From Zygnema circumcarinatum SAG 698-1b (taxonomy: Eukaryota; Plantae; Zygnematophyceae): DNA of 64,000 nucleotides. Location of the stretch: assembly GCA_037447605.1 (NCBI GenBank), contig CM074823.1:1-64000 (forward strand). The letters run 5' to 3'. Below the pieces are notes generated by a model. It did not search any database, was not told the origin of the DNA, and was given only the letters and a program-made list of their open reading frames with translations. The position numbers were made by a program, and so were the translations under genes. How positions within the stretch are numbered: position 1 is the first letter of the stretch; the number at the start of each line of letters is the position of its first letter. Shown here piece after piece: positions 41,456 to 51,181 of the stretch.

Positions 41456-41789
41456 GTGCTCGTGCCTGCGCCTGCGTGCCTGGAGTGCGCACCAGCCTGC
41501 ATTGCCTCGTGCCTGCGCCTGCGTGCCTGCGTTACTTTTCGCTGAGTGCCGCCGCGCCTGCGCGCTGGTGCCTGCGTGCCTGCGTGCACCGCTGGTGCCT
41601 GCGTGCCTCGCCTAGGTGCCACCGTGCCTGCGTGCCTCACCTGCGTGCCTGGTGCCTGCGTCACAGTGCTGCCTCCGTGCCTCGCCTGCGTGTCTCGTGC
41701 CTGCGCCTGGGTGCCTCCTTTCCTGCATTTTCGTCTAGGTGCCTGCATTACTTTCGCCCTGCGTGCCTGCATTACCGCCCCAGTGCACC

Positions 41790-42245
41790 ATCCCAACAAA
41801 CACACTTGGCGCAGGTTTGAACACAAGACATATCGGTATCCACACACAGTACTTTACCATTAAAGGCAGCTTTGGCGGATATAAGTACTAGGCCCGTACA
41901 ACACATGTATATGGCCGTTTAAATACGTTCCTCCCATACCTAAGCGGGGCTGAAGTCACCGGCGCCTCAAAAAGGAGTTTCCGCGAAGGCGTGATTCAAG
42001 CTCCTTGACACATGGGCTACTGACCTTAGCCCTCGAGGCCCTTGGGGAGGCGTTAAGGTACCATGCTCGAGAGATGGCGGTGTTTTAGGTGGATTACAAA
42101 TGCAGAACGCGCTCGATGCGATGTAACAAACGCCCAGCTGCAAGGTTTTGAACACAGCGGAACCTCCGGTATCCACACAGTAGCTACCGACTAAAAGGCA
42201 GCAGCGGATATAAGTCTTGGGCCATGCAGCGCGCCTTAAGCGTTT
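41790..42245 (-). mobile_element. TRIM copy 3 (inverted)
   Basis: The reverse complement shows the LTR end GTTACA (42122-42127), internal ATTTGTAATCCACCTAAAAC, PPT GGTATGGGAGGAA (~41928-41940) and LTR core CTGCCTTTAATGGTAAAGTAC...GTTCAAACC. Confidence 0.72.
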
Positions 42246-42786
42246 GCTTCTGTTTCGTGCTGCGCTGGTGCCTGTGCTGCGCGCCATGCCTGCGTGCCTC
42301 GTGCCTGCGCACCGTGCGCAAATTACTGCGCCTGCGTGCCTGCGTGCCGCCTGCGTGCCTTGCCCGCGCGCGCCAAATTGCCTTGTACGCACCGTGCGCC
42401 ATTACCTGCTTCGTAAAAGCTCGTACACCATACCAATACTTTCCGTGCCTGCGCCGCACCGTGCCTCGTGCACCTCGCCCTACGTGCTGCGTGCACCGCC
42501 CTGAGCCTGCGTGCCTGCGCACAGTGCCTGCGTGCCTGCGCTTCGTGCCTCGTGCCTGCGCTTCGTGCCTGCGTGCCTGCGCCCCTGCATTACTCGTGCT
42601 GCCACAAATGCACAGAGTACTTTCGCCTGGAGTACCTCGTGCCTCGCACGGTGCCTTGTGCGCCGCCTGCGTGCCTCGTGCCTGCGCCTCGTGCCTTGTG
42701 CCTTGCCTGCGTGCCTCGTGCCTGCGTGCCTCGCCTGCGTGGCTTCGTGCCTCACCGCCTTGGCTGCTGCGTGCGCTTGCTGGCCT

Positions 42787-43467
42787 TCACATTTGATCAC
42801 CTGAGGAGGTGTACTTAGGGGCGGCGCTCGTCTGAATCTTTCTCGCATTTGTGGTAAATTGTGGCGTCGGGGACCACCTAGGGCAGGGAAGGGTCTGGGG
42901 ATGAGAACATGCGAAGGTTGCAAGATTCCGTCGCGGCGCGGTACCTCTTGAGACGCATATGTAGCCAGCCAGCGTCGCCCGATGTGAGGCCGAGGATGGC
43001 GGGGCATCGACCACATCTTCCTTCGTTTGGAGCGTACGCCGTCGTTCATTACCGATGCAGTTTCACGCGATAGATACCCGGGCCAATTTGTCGTCGGACC
43101 AGCCTTGCGTAGCGTAAGGATCGACGTGCGCCGGCGATGCGGCGGCGCGTCGCCAGCGGCGCCGCTGAGCTATGGCGGCGTTAGATGCGTTGTACACCTA
43201 CGACCCATTGAGTCCGGAGAGAGGAGCAGCAGCGTGTGATGCGCGGTAGGCTACAACTTCCCGATCCTCCATCTTTGGTAGGAGGTTGACGGAAATATAA
43301 AGGCGTGGGTGGCTGTCGTCCCACCCAACCAGCGTCTGCGGCGACCGGTTTTCCCAGAGGCTCGCCCTCTCTGGTTCACTCTCTCTCTCACCCCCTTCCT
43401 CTCTCTCGTGAGACTTCACAGTGCGGTGTGGCGATTCATGCTGAAGAGGCGGATTTAGGTCGTTACA
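42787..43467 (+). repeat. Gypsy 5' LTR (TATA-like ATATAAA at ~43295)
   Basis: Ends CGTTACA; its last ~150 bp match 50726-50876. Confidence 0.68.
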
Positions 43468-43525
43468 TTTTGAGTAGCGGAGAACGCGTTCGCGGCCTTC
43501 TCTTTAATAAGAGAACCTGCGGGTC

Positions 43526-45070
43526 ATGGTGACCACCGCGCCGGGCGGAGGGACCAGGGGAGCCCTGGGGCCGCCACCTCCACCACCTTTCCCGGGGCGG
43601 GTGATGGAGGGAGAACTGGAGGCGCGGCTCCCAGCCGGAGGGCCCGATCCCAACCACCGGTCGGCCAAAGGTCATCGTGGTGGCTACTACCTCCCTCGCG
43701 GCTCCACGGGCACGGCCCGGCTCAGCCCGGGGAAATCCACCGATCCCGTGATGGGGCCCAGCATCATGATGGCGGCGTCCACGAATGAAGAAGAGGATCC
43801 GGCGAAGCTGGGCGGATGTAAAGGCGGCGTAGCGTGCGCCACCATGGCTTTGCTCTGGCCAGTGGGCGGTAGACTCCTGATCCCGCCGCTTCCGGTGGAC
43901 CGCAGCTCCCAAATAGATTCAGACCCCGGACGGGGCTTTCAGGAGGATAGAAAGAAGGTATGCCGGGCAACCTCGGTTTGTAGAAGCGTGGATAGAGGTC
44001 ACGGGGAATGGGTGAGCCAAACCACTTTCCGTGGCGTCGTCTGTCAGACGCCCCAGCGTCTGCGGCGGAAAAACCTTGTGAGGAAGTCAGGACCCACAGT
44101 TTTCCGGAGTCCTGCACCGGTGGCGAACCACAGCGATGGGGACCCGCGTCGAGAGGCAACTCTTTGAAAGAGGCGGGAGGAAAGATCAGTCCTCGGACTG
44201 CTCCCATAACCTCACGGATGCCCAGGCAGGTCCGGGCCAGGTAACCCGGCTCCTTTTTAGGCCGAACATCCTACCGCAATTTGCTCTGATTGAGCAGTGA
44301 TTTGGGTCAAGCGAAGGGTTGCACCTTAACTGCGACCAACTGTCGCTCCCGGTGGGTAAGCTGCTTACCCCTTTTCGAAGGAGCCGCTATACCGTGTGTA
44401 TGAGGGGCCTCTGGAATTGGGGGCGGTGGGATAGAGATTGAGAGATAGGCTTTATCAAGCGGCACCTGAGGGCCTGGATCCCGGCTTTGGAGAGCCGGGG
44501 ATAGGATTTGAGAACATGGTCCAAGCGGCGGCGTGGCGGTTCTGCGAGACTGCGACAAAGTAGTGCCTCGAGATCACCCTCTGGCCTGGCGGAGCGGTGG
44601 CGGTTCTTTTCCGCCGGGGAATGGCGAGAAGCCGCACGAGGGAAAGCGACCTAAGGGCAACGGCGGACTGCGAAAGCCGGAGTGGGACGCTAACTCTGTT
44701 TGCAGCCGCGATGCGTATTCGATTCAGACGCCGCCCTGCCGGCGATCGCAGGCCACGCCTTCCAGGCATGGCCGGAGGTGGGCGGCGGTCAGGGGTCGTG
44801 GAAGATGGGGACCCTAAATCACACTTGGCTGGCGGGGAAAGAACAAAGCGGAAGCTTGGCGAGGAAGTGGCTGCCCGCCTGCTTGTTGCCAGTTGGCTCA
44901 GGAGGAAATGGAAGTGCAGCGGAGAACAAGAATTTCGGCTATATGAGGAGGGCACAAGGCGGGGATTGCCCTTCAACACCAAGGACAAAGGGGCAAGAGG
45001 CGTGGGAAAACCCCCAACCACACCCCGGAAGCTTGGGAGATTGGATTCGGCGGTGGTTATCTTAGCATAG
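43526..45070 (+). pseudogene. Degenerate gypsy gag region
   Basis: Located after the 5' LTR. A decayed CCHC-knuckle-like stretch near 44960-45020 (GLPFNTKDKG... resembling GLCFNCKEKGH). No intact frame. Confidence 0.4.
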
Positions 45071-45973
45071 GCTAGGGGAGGGGAATGGGGCTGCCATCAG
45101 GATAAGACTCTTGTTTCTTAGAACCACTGGACATTCTTAGCTTGGTGGGGCCTTTGGGGGTACTGAATCTCTTTGTGTTTGATGTGTACTTGTTGTAGAT
45201 TACAGAAGTAGATTACAGCGTTGTATAGTCTAGCCGGATAATGAACTGAAGGCGAACATGAAGCTGACAAAAAGGATGGTCGGCCTTGAACAATGTGGCG
45301 ATAAGTTAGGACGTGACGTGGCCGAAACAGGTATTATTAGCGGAGCGAAAGTTCAAGCATTAAGCGCGAACAACATTTGATGCATCTGCGGATCTTGGGG
45401 CCTTGAGGGCAGGGCAGCGGACGAAGAACGCTTCGTGGTATGGCAGTGTCACGAGGTATGCGGACTTCTTACTTAGGCATAGAACTCTGATGTGGGCCCG
45501 TAAAAGGAAGCTAAGTGTCGAGGGCATGCGCCGGTCTTGACCATGGCCAGGCCAAAAGACCCGAACCAAAGACCCGTGGCCGTGCCGTCGAAAGACGAAG
45601 CGAAATCGCGGCACTGCGTACACTTAGAATGAAGCACATTTCGTACGCAGCTCTCATCCTCTCATACTCACCAGCCCGGGTGTGTAGCGGCCCGAGTGAA
45701 CCGCTGTGAGAGGTTGTGTGGTATGGGAATAGGAAAAAGCGGGGGTAGTTGAAGCTGCATTCAGTAGTGAGCCTTCTTGCAATCTGTTGTACTTCACTCC
45801 AAAGAAAACCAGAGTTTTATGCCCGGTGGGGCTTTCTCTACCTTGTGTTCTTTTCTTGCACATCTGTCTTGAGCATTCCTTTCGTGAACTGCTGCACTGA
45901 AGATGTCAACGAATTCCGGACAGAGTGGAGGAGACTTTGTTGAAAGGAGATCCTCGGTGGAATCTCCAACAAG

Positions 45974-45985
45974 TGGTATCAGAGC
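45974..45985 (+). other. Primer-binding site (initiator tRNA-Met) of Copia-2
   Basis: Exact TGGTATCAGAGC, 2 nt after the LTR end CAACA. Confidence 0.95.
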
Positions 45986-45989
45986 TGAT

Positions 45990-46595
45990 AACGATCTTCG
46001 GCACAACCTTCCTACCTTTCGAGGTACTGACTACAAGGATTGGCGGTGGCACATGATGACACTTCTGCAGACCAGAAATCTGGTTCAGTACGTGAACTGG
46101 ACCATCAGACCACCGACCGAGACTTCGACCATGGCAGCCGACGCACTGGCTACGTGGACGAAGAAGGACGCTCAAGTGAGGCAGCTCATTGCCTCAAGCG
46201 TCAGAGGGAACCCTGCAAAGATGCTTCGGGTGCAGCAGTTTGCCTACGCAATGTGGGAGAAGCTCGCCAACATCTACGGCACCATCGACAAATCCGAGAC
46301 AGTCTTCATTCATGTTACGAAGAAGACCAGCTTCGAGGACGTGATGGCGGTCGAACAGCGGAGGCCCCAAACGAAGAGTGAAACGCCGGACAAATTCTGC
46401 ACTTCTTGCAAGCGGAACAGTCACCTTGAAGCTGAATGCCGCACCAAGAAGGCTGCCCTGGGCAACGGACCGCCCTCCAGCGCGCCAAAGAAGGACGGCA
46501 ACGGAAAAGACAAGGAGATCACTTGCTACAAGTGGGAGCCACCGGGACACTCTGCGTGCAACTGCACGGGAGACAGTTGCAACCGCAAGTGCTAA
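45990..46595 (+). CDS. Copia Gag (shortened) with two zinc-knuckle-like motifs
   Basis: LPTFRGTDYKDWRWHMMTLLQTRNL...WTKKDAQVRQLIASSV...AYAMWEKLANIY is a typical copia gag N-terminus. CTSCKRNSHLEAEC is a CX2CX4HX4C knuckle, followed by a degenerate CYKWEPPGHSACNC. Start codon uncertain. Confidence 0.8.
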   Translation, partial: NDLRHNLPTFRGTDYKDWRWHMMTLLQTRNLVQYVNWTIRPPTETSTMAADALATWTKKDAQVRQLIASSVRGNPAKMLRVQQFAYAMWEKLANIYGTIDKSETVFIHVTKKTSFEDVMAVEQRRPQTKSETPDKFCTSCKRNSHLEAECRTKKAALGNGPPSSAPKKDGNGKDKEITCYKWEPPGHSACNCTGDSCNRKC

Positions 46596-47579
46596 CGGGA
46601 GCACGTGCGGTGGCGGCAAAGCAACGTGCGCTTACGACAGCGCGCTCAAGCTGCCGCGAAGCTGCCCACGCTACGGACGGCGTGACGAGCAGCAAAGCCG
46701 CGAGTGCTGGGAGCACAAGCGAAGGGGAGCAACGTGCACTTACGACAGTGCGCTCAGCAACCAATTAGTTGCCCCCCCCACCACTGAACTGTGCGAGGAG
46801 CAATGAAGCCGTGCGTGCAAGGGAGCACACGCGAAGGATCGACGAGAGCCTCTCACGGCCCACTCAACGATCGGGAGCCTGCTCGCGCCACGGCCAGCGT
46901 GACGTGCAGAGGATCCGCGCGCAAGGCTGCGCGTGAAGGCAGTGAGTCGAAACACGCTAGGGGACGCCCGGATAGCGAATCTCACGACTGCAGTCCTGCT
47001 CAAGACGTGTGGAGCAGCGACAATGGAGCCGCGCACACCTCGAGGAGGGAGCGCGAAGGCGGAGCCACGCACGTTAACGAAAACGTGCTCAAGGACCGTA
47101 GTCCTGACCACGACACGAGGAGCAGTGACATTAAAGCCAAACGTGCTGAGCGCAGCACGGGCTAAAGCGGAGGAGCTGCATGCGCTACGTACACTGCACG
47201 CAACGACCGCAACATTACACGCACCACGGATGGCGCGAGTAACTTCAAACTGCGAGCACCTTGGAGGCTGCCCGCTATGGCGGAGTCACGCACGCTACCG
47301 ACAGCGCGCGCAGCACCCGCGGATCTGCCCGCGCCATGGAGAGCACGAGCAGCATTATCAGAGCCGTAAGAGCCACGGAGAGCTCTTGCAAAAACAGAAC
47401 TGCATGCCCTATCGACAGCGCTTGCAAAGACCGTAGACCTGCCCGCGTCACCGAGAACGCGAGCAGCAAGACCCACGCGTGCTGAGCGCAGCATGCGTGA
47501 AGGGGGAGCATCGGCGCGCGCTTCGGACAGCGCGTCCCGCGATCGTAAGCCTGCAATCACGCGAAAAGCGCGATCAGGA

Positions 47580-49800
47580 ACGGACCCTAATCGATCTGGG
47601 GAGCAATCAAGATGTTTACGACGCTGACAGAGGCGCTATACGCAGCGCACCCAGCGACCATGGACCTGGCCGAGCCGACGACGGGAGCGGCCATTTCCGA
47701 ACCGCGAAGGTCCCGGCGGGGGCACGCGAAGGCGAAACCTCGCGCGCGACGGACAGCGCGCGCGGCAGACGCGAATTCAAAACCACGCGCGCCACCGACA
47801 TCGCGCGCGGCGGACGAGGCGTCGAAAATTGTACGGACATTTTTTTTTTTCACGCGAAAACGGCTAAGGACGGAGCCCGACATTGGTCGGCGCGACGAAC
47901 CTTCACGCCGTGACGTGACAAGTCGACAAATGTTCGCGGCCCCGGGCGGCGCGCGAAATTTTACTCAGTCGAGTACGGAGCCGACATTCAATGGGGGGAA
48001 AACGCGAGTCCGTACGGACGGGCCTCCAATTCGCCCGGCTTTGGCACCGGCGACTTGCCACGTGGCGCACAGCGGTCTGGAGACCCCGCGACGCAGAGTC
48101 TCGTAAGGGGGGGTTTCCCCTTCACGACGCTCACGAAGACGGGAGAAGTCTGTCCCCACCACGCGGCGGCAAATTCTCCGTCACCCCTTCACGACCCACG
48201 GCGCGGAGGAGTTCCGCGTGACACGGAGGTTGGAGCCGGTTCGCAGCGTTTTCTGTGGACCGATCACACCGAAGGGAGGAGAGCAAGGTACTCATCAAAT
48301 TCCTTGACAATTACTCGAGGAATATCTGGGCTGAGCAGCTGGCGCACAAGAGCGCGACATTAGGGACCTTTCCTGCTTGACAGAAAGAGGCAGAAAGGCA
48401 GTTTGGGAGAATTCAGAGATTCAGGATGGATAATGGGGGAGAGTGTAGATGATCCCTCCAGCCCTCTGAATAGTCACAGTTCCTTGGGATTCCAAACGCG
48501 TTCACGGCCCCATATAGCCCACAGAGCACGGCGTAGCCAAGTGAGAGTGAACCGTTCCCCTGGCGACATGACAAGGTCGAGGCTTAGTAAGTCACCCTTC
48601 CCTTGGGGAGAAGCGATCCTTACGGCGGCCTACACCCGGAAGAAGATGTCCCTCCAGCGCCCTGAAGATTCCAAGGAGGTACCCGAAGAGGAGAGCACCA
48701 AGGAGCAGCAGCACGCGCGGCCTCAAGAGGAGCCGCTCCCGGACATGACGTTTCTCCCCTTGAGAGGGGGATTCCGGGAGGTGAGGATCTGCCCCACCAG
48801 CGTCCACTCCGTTGGACTCACCAATCCAGCAACGGCTGAAGCCACTGCAGCGCACCGAGACGCCGCAATGTGGAGGACCGGCTTTCCAAGAGGAACAGCC
48901 CACGTCGGCATTCCCAAGGGGGGAACAGCCCGAATCGCCATTCCAGGAGGAACAGCGCGAAGAAGACCTACCCGACGAAGACTCTGACCATCACGGTCAA
49001 GTCACGACAGAGGAGAACGCGGAAGAGGCACCGGCAGCCAGGTACCAACCAGGTGGCTACCTAGGCATGGTCAAGAACCATCCCATCACGGCAAACGCCA
49101 AGGGGGTTTCACCCCACTATGGCTCCACGCCACCTCCTAGGGACAGGAGGGTACCAGACAAGTACGGGGAGTGGGAACAGCGACCAATGACGAGGAGGCC
49201 GACGCATAGGAGCACGGAGGGGAATTCAGACCGATTACCCCTCGACTCAGCGGACTTCGCGAAGATGGCCGACGGCCACATGGTACACTTTGAGGAGCCG
49301 CCAACGGACTCCGACGCATTGGAGGAAGCGGACGCAGCGAAGTGTAGGGTCGGCATCGTCTCACAGCTGAACAGCCTGAAGGAGGAAGGGGACGCAGCGC
49401 GCGGACCCGCTGCCCCGCGACGGGAGGCATTCAGCAAGCGGGAGGCAGTTCAGAGAATATCGATTGATATCGCGATATTTCGATATCTCGAACGGACACG
49501 ATCTCACAAATGGAGTCCGATTTGAGAGGGGGAGCGGCGGCCTCGTGTACGGACACACGGCCGCAGATTGGAGGAGTAACCGGATATGCGGAGTGACCCG
49601 GATACGACGAGTAACCAGATACAGCCAGATCTTCATCAGGAGGCGTATCGTCACGCACGCGGTGTCAGCTCATCAATCAAGCTTGCTCCAGAATCACGAT
49701 CTTCATAAATGGGTGAGCGTATCCTGATCCAGCACCACTAAGCGCGGGAGCTAGTGGGGGCGGGAAGAGCCGCAGAATCTTTTTGTACAGATAGAAAATC
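47580..49800 (+). pseudogene. Copia-2 pol remnants (protease, pre-integrase, integrase, RNase H fragments; most of RT missing)
   Basis: LIDLGSNQD (~47587, protease-like), RLWHRRL (~48035), PWGEAILTAAY (~48600, integrase), and IFRYLERT / NGVRFERGSGGLVYGHTAADW (~49475-49570, RNase H). Confidence 0.7.
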
Positions 49801-49896
49801 TAGCGGCAGACCAGGGGGTCAAAAGGCCAATCACGCGGAGGAACAATATCCTCCCGGATCTAGGTCCATTTAGAGCCTAGGCCCCAAGAGGGGGAA

Positions 49897-50238
49897 TGTT
49901 GTACGGGTCTAGAGGCCGTACAACGTTTGGCGCATAGTCTCTAGCGGATAATGAACTAGACGCGAACATGAAGCGACAAGGATGGTCGCGCGAACAATGT
50001 GACGCGATAAGTTCTGGGACCGTGACGTGACGAAACGGAGTATTCGCGCGCGCGGGGAGACGAAGTTCCAAGGCGTGGCGCGAACAACATTTCGGTCGTA
50101 CGGATGCGGACGCGGACGCGGACGCGGACGAGGACGCGCTCGCGGGCGCGCGAAACGCTGTGTCCCGAAAGTGTACGGACCTGCACGAAGCACATGGGAG
50201 CTACAGTGGCGGACGTAAAGGCTAAGTGTCAAGAGGGG
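49897..50238 (+). repeat. Copia-2 3' LTR (5' part; truncated by gap)
   Basis: Matches 45191 onward (GGATAATGAACT..GCGAACATGAAGC.GACAAGGATGGTCG). Confidence 0.85.
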
Positions 50239-50248
50239 NNNNNNNNNN
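50239..50248. other. Assembly gap (N x10)
   Basis: Run of 10 N. Confidence 1.
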
Positions 50249-50715
50249 TCCTTTTCGTAAATGGGACAGTGTGGGTATGGACTTGATCACAAATCTTCCT
50301 GTGACACCTCGGGGGCATGACTCCATCCTCATCTTTGTCGATCGGCTCAGCAAGATGGTGCATTTTGCACCAACTACTAAGACCGCTGGGGCCGACGAGA
50401 TTGCACGGTTGTACGTTGACAAAGTGTGGAGCCTGCATGGACTTCAGTCAGAGATTGTTTCTGACCGTGACCCACGATTCACCGGACATTTTTGGACGGA
50501 AGTGCTTAAGATCGTTGGGACCAAGCAGGCACTGAGTACGGCTTTCCACCCGCAAACCGATGGCCAGACGGAACGGGTGAACAGGATCCTGGAGGATTAC
50601 CTCCGGCATTATGTGGGACCTACCCCGGATGGGTGGGATGAACTGCTCCGAGTGGCTGAGTATGCCATCAATAATGCTTACCAGGAGTCCATTAGTACCA
50701 CCCCTTTCTTCTTGA
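50249..50715 (+). CDS. Ty3/gypsy integrase catalytic core (rve, DDE), fragment between two gaps
   Basis: WDSVGMDLIT.LP...ILIFVDRLSKMVHF...HGL..EIVSDRDPRFTGHFW...STAFHPQTDGQTERVNRILEDYLR...W...L..AEYAINN...TPFFL is canonical for Tf2/chromovirus-type integrases. Confidence 0.95.
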
Positions 50716-50725
50716 NNNNNNNNNN
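50716..50725. other. Assembly gap (N x10)
   Basis: Run of 10 N. Confidence 1.
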
Positions 50726-50876
50726 CCCAACCAACGTACCGGCATTCGGTTGCACCCCTGCCCAAGGCTGCGCCACTCTCTGAAGCTCTCTCTCTCTCTT
50801 GCTCTCTCTCTCGCTGAACTCTGAGTGCTGGTGTGTGATTCCGCGCAGGCTGAAGAGGCGGTTTTCAGTCGTTACA
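50726..50876 (+). repeat. Gypsy 3' LTR, terminal part
   Basis: Homologous to 43321-43467; ends GTTACA, followed by TGCCT. Confidence 0.75.
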
Positions 50877-50938
50877 TGCCTCGCCTCGTGCCTCGCATCG
50901 TGTCTCGTGCCTCGCCTCGTGCCTCGTGCCTCGTGCCT
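50877..50938 (+). repeat. Remainder of the GTGCCTC array
   Basis: TGCCTCGCCTCGTGCCTCG...GTGCCTCGTGCCT. Confidence 0.9.
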
Positions 50939-51180
50939 TATTGACGTAGATGTGTATTTAGTAGTCTTGTTTTGGGTGTCACAACTAAAAACGCTCCAAA
51001 ACTGCATGGGAAGGTCAGGACAGAAAAGGTAGACTAGTTTTGAATAGCGCACATAACGTAGCATGTCTCAGGAATATTTCGGTAGAAAAAAGTAAAAGAC
51101 AAAAAAGTTATAAATAACGACGTAAACGTGTATTTAGTAGTCTTGTTGTGGGTGTCACAACTAAAAACGCTCTAGAACTA
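50939..51180 (-). repeat. Inverted, diverged satellite remnant (~1.4 monomers, period 176)
   Basis: ATTTCGGTAGAAAAAAGTAAAAGACAAAAAAGTTATAAATAACG is the reverse complement of the satellite core. GTGTATTTAGTAGTCTTGTT recurs at 50952 and 51128. Confidence 0.85.
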
Positions 51181-51181
51181 T

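Larger units (their letters stand above)
38578..42786 (+). repeat. Degenerate simple-repeat array built from GTGCCTC / GTGCCTGC / GCCTGC units
   Basis: Hundreds of GCCT-core 5-8-mers. All the Cys/Arg/Ala/Leu/Pro/Val-rich ORFs here are readouts of this repeat. Confidence 0.95.
45191..50238 (+). mobile_element. Ty1/copia element (Copia-2), nested in the gypsy; 3' LTR cut by a gap
   Basis: 5' LTR 45191-45971 (TGTTGTA...CCAACA), PBS TGGTATCAGAGC at 45974-45985, gag, degenerate pol, PPT GCCCCAAGAGGGGGAA at 49881-49896, 3' LTR from TGTTGTAC at 49897. Confidence 0.88.
42787..50876 (+). mobile_element. Ty3/gypsy LTR retrotransposon inserted into the GTGCCT array, with Copia-2 nested inside; partly in assembly gaps
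   Basis: The 5' LTR end (43321-43467) and 3' LTR end (50726-50876) share a CT-rich tract and GCTGAAGAGGCGG.TTT..GTCGTTACA. The GTGCCT repeat resumes right after 50876. A gypsy integrase lies between the gaps. The 5' start is approximate. Confidence 0.72.

Noticed and set aside
38520-43049. Cys/Arg/Ala-rich ORFs on both strands (metallothionein- or keratin-like appearance)
   Set aside because: They are translations of the GTGCCT simple repeat, open in many frames at once.
46740-48363. Many overlapping Arg/Ala-rich ORFs as an extra cargo gene in Copia-2
   Set aside because: Very GC-rich, stop-poor, error-prone sequence. The only recognisable motifs are copia protease and pre-integrase fragments.
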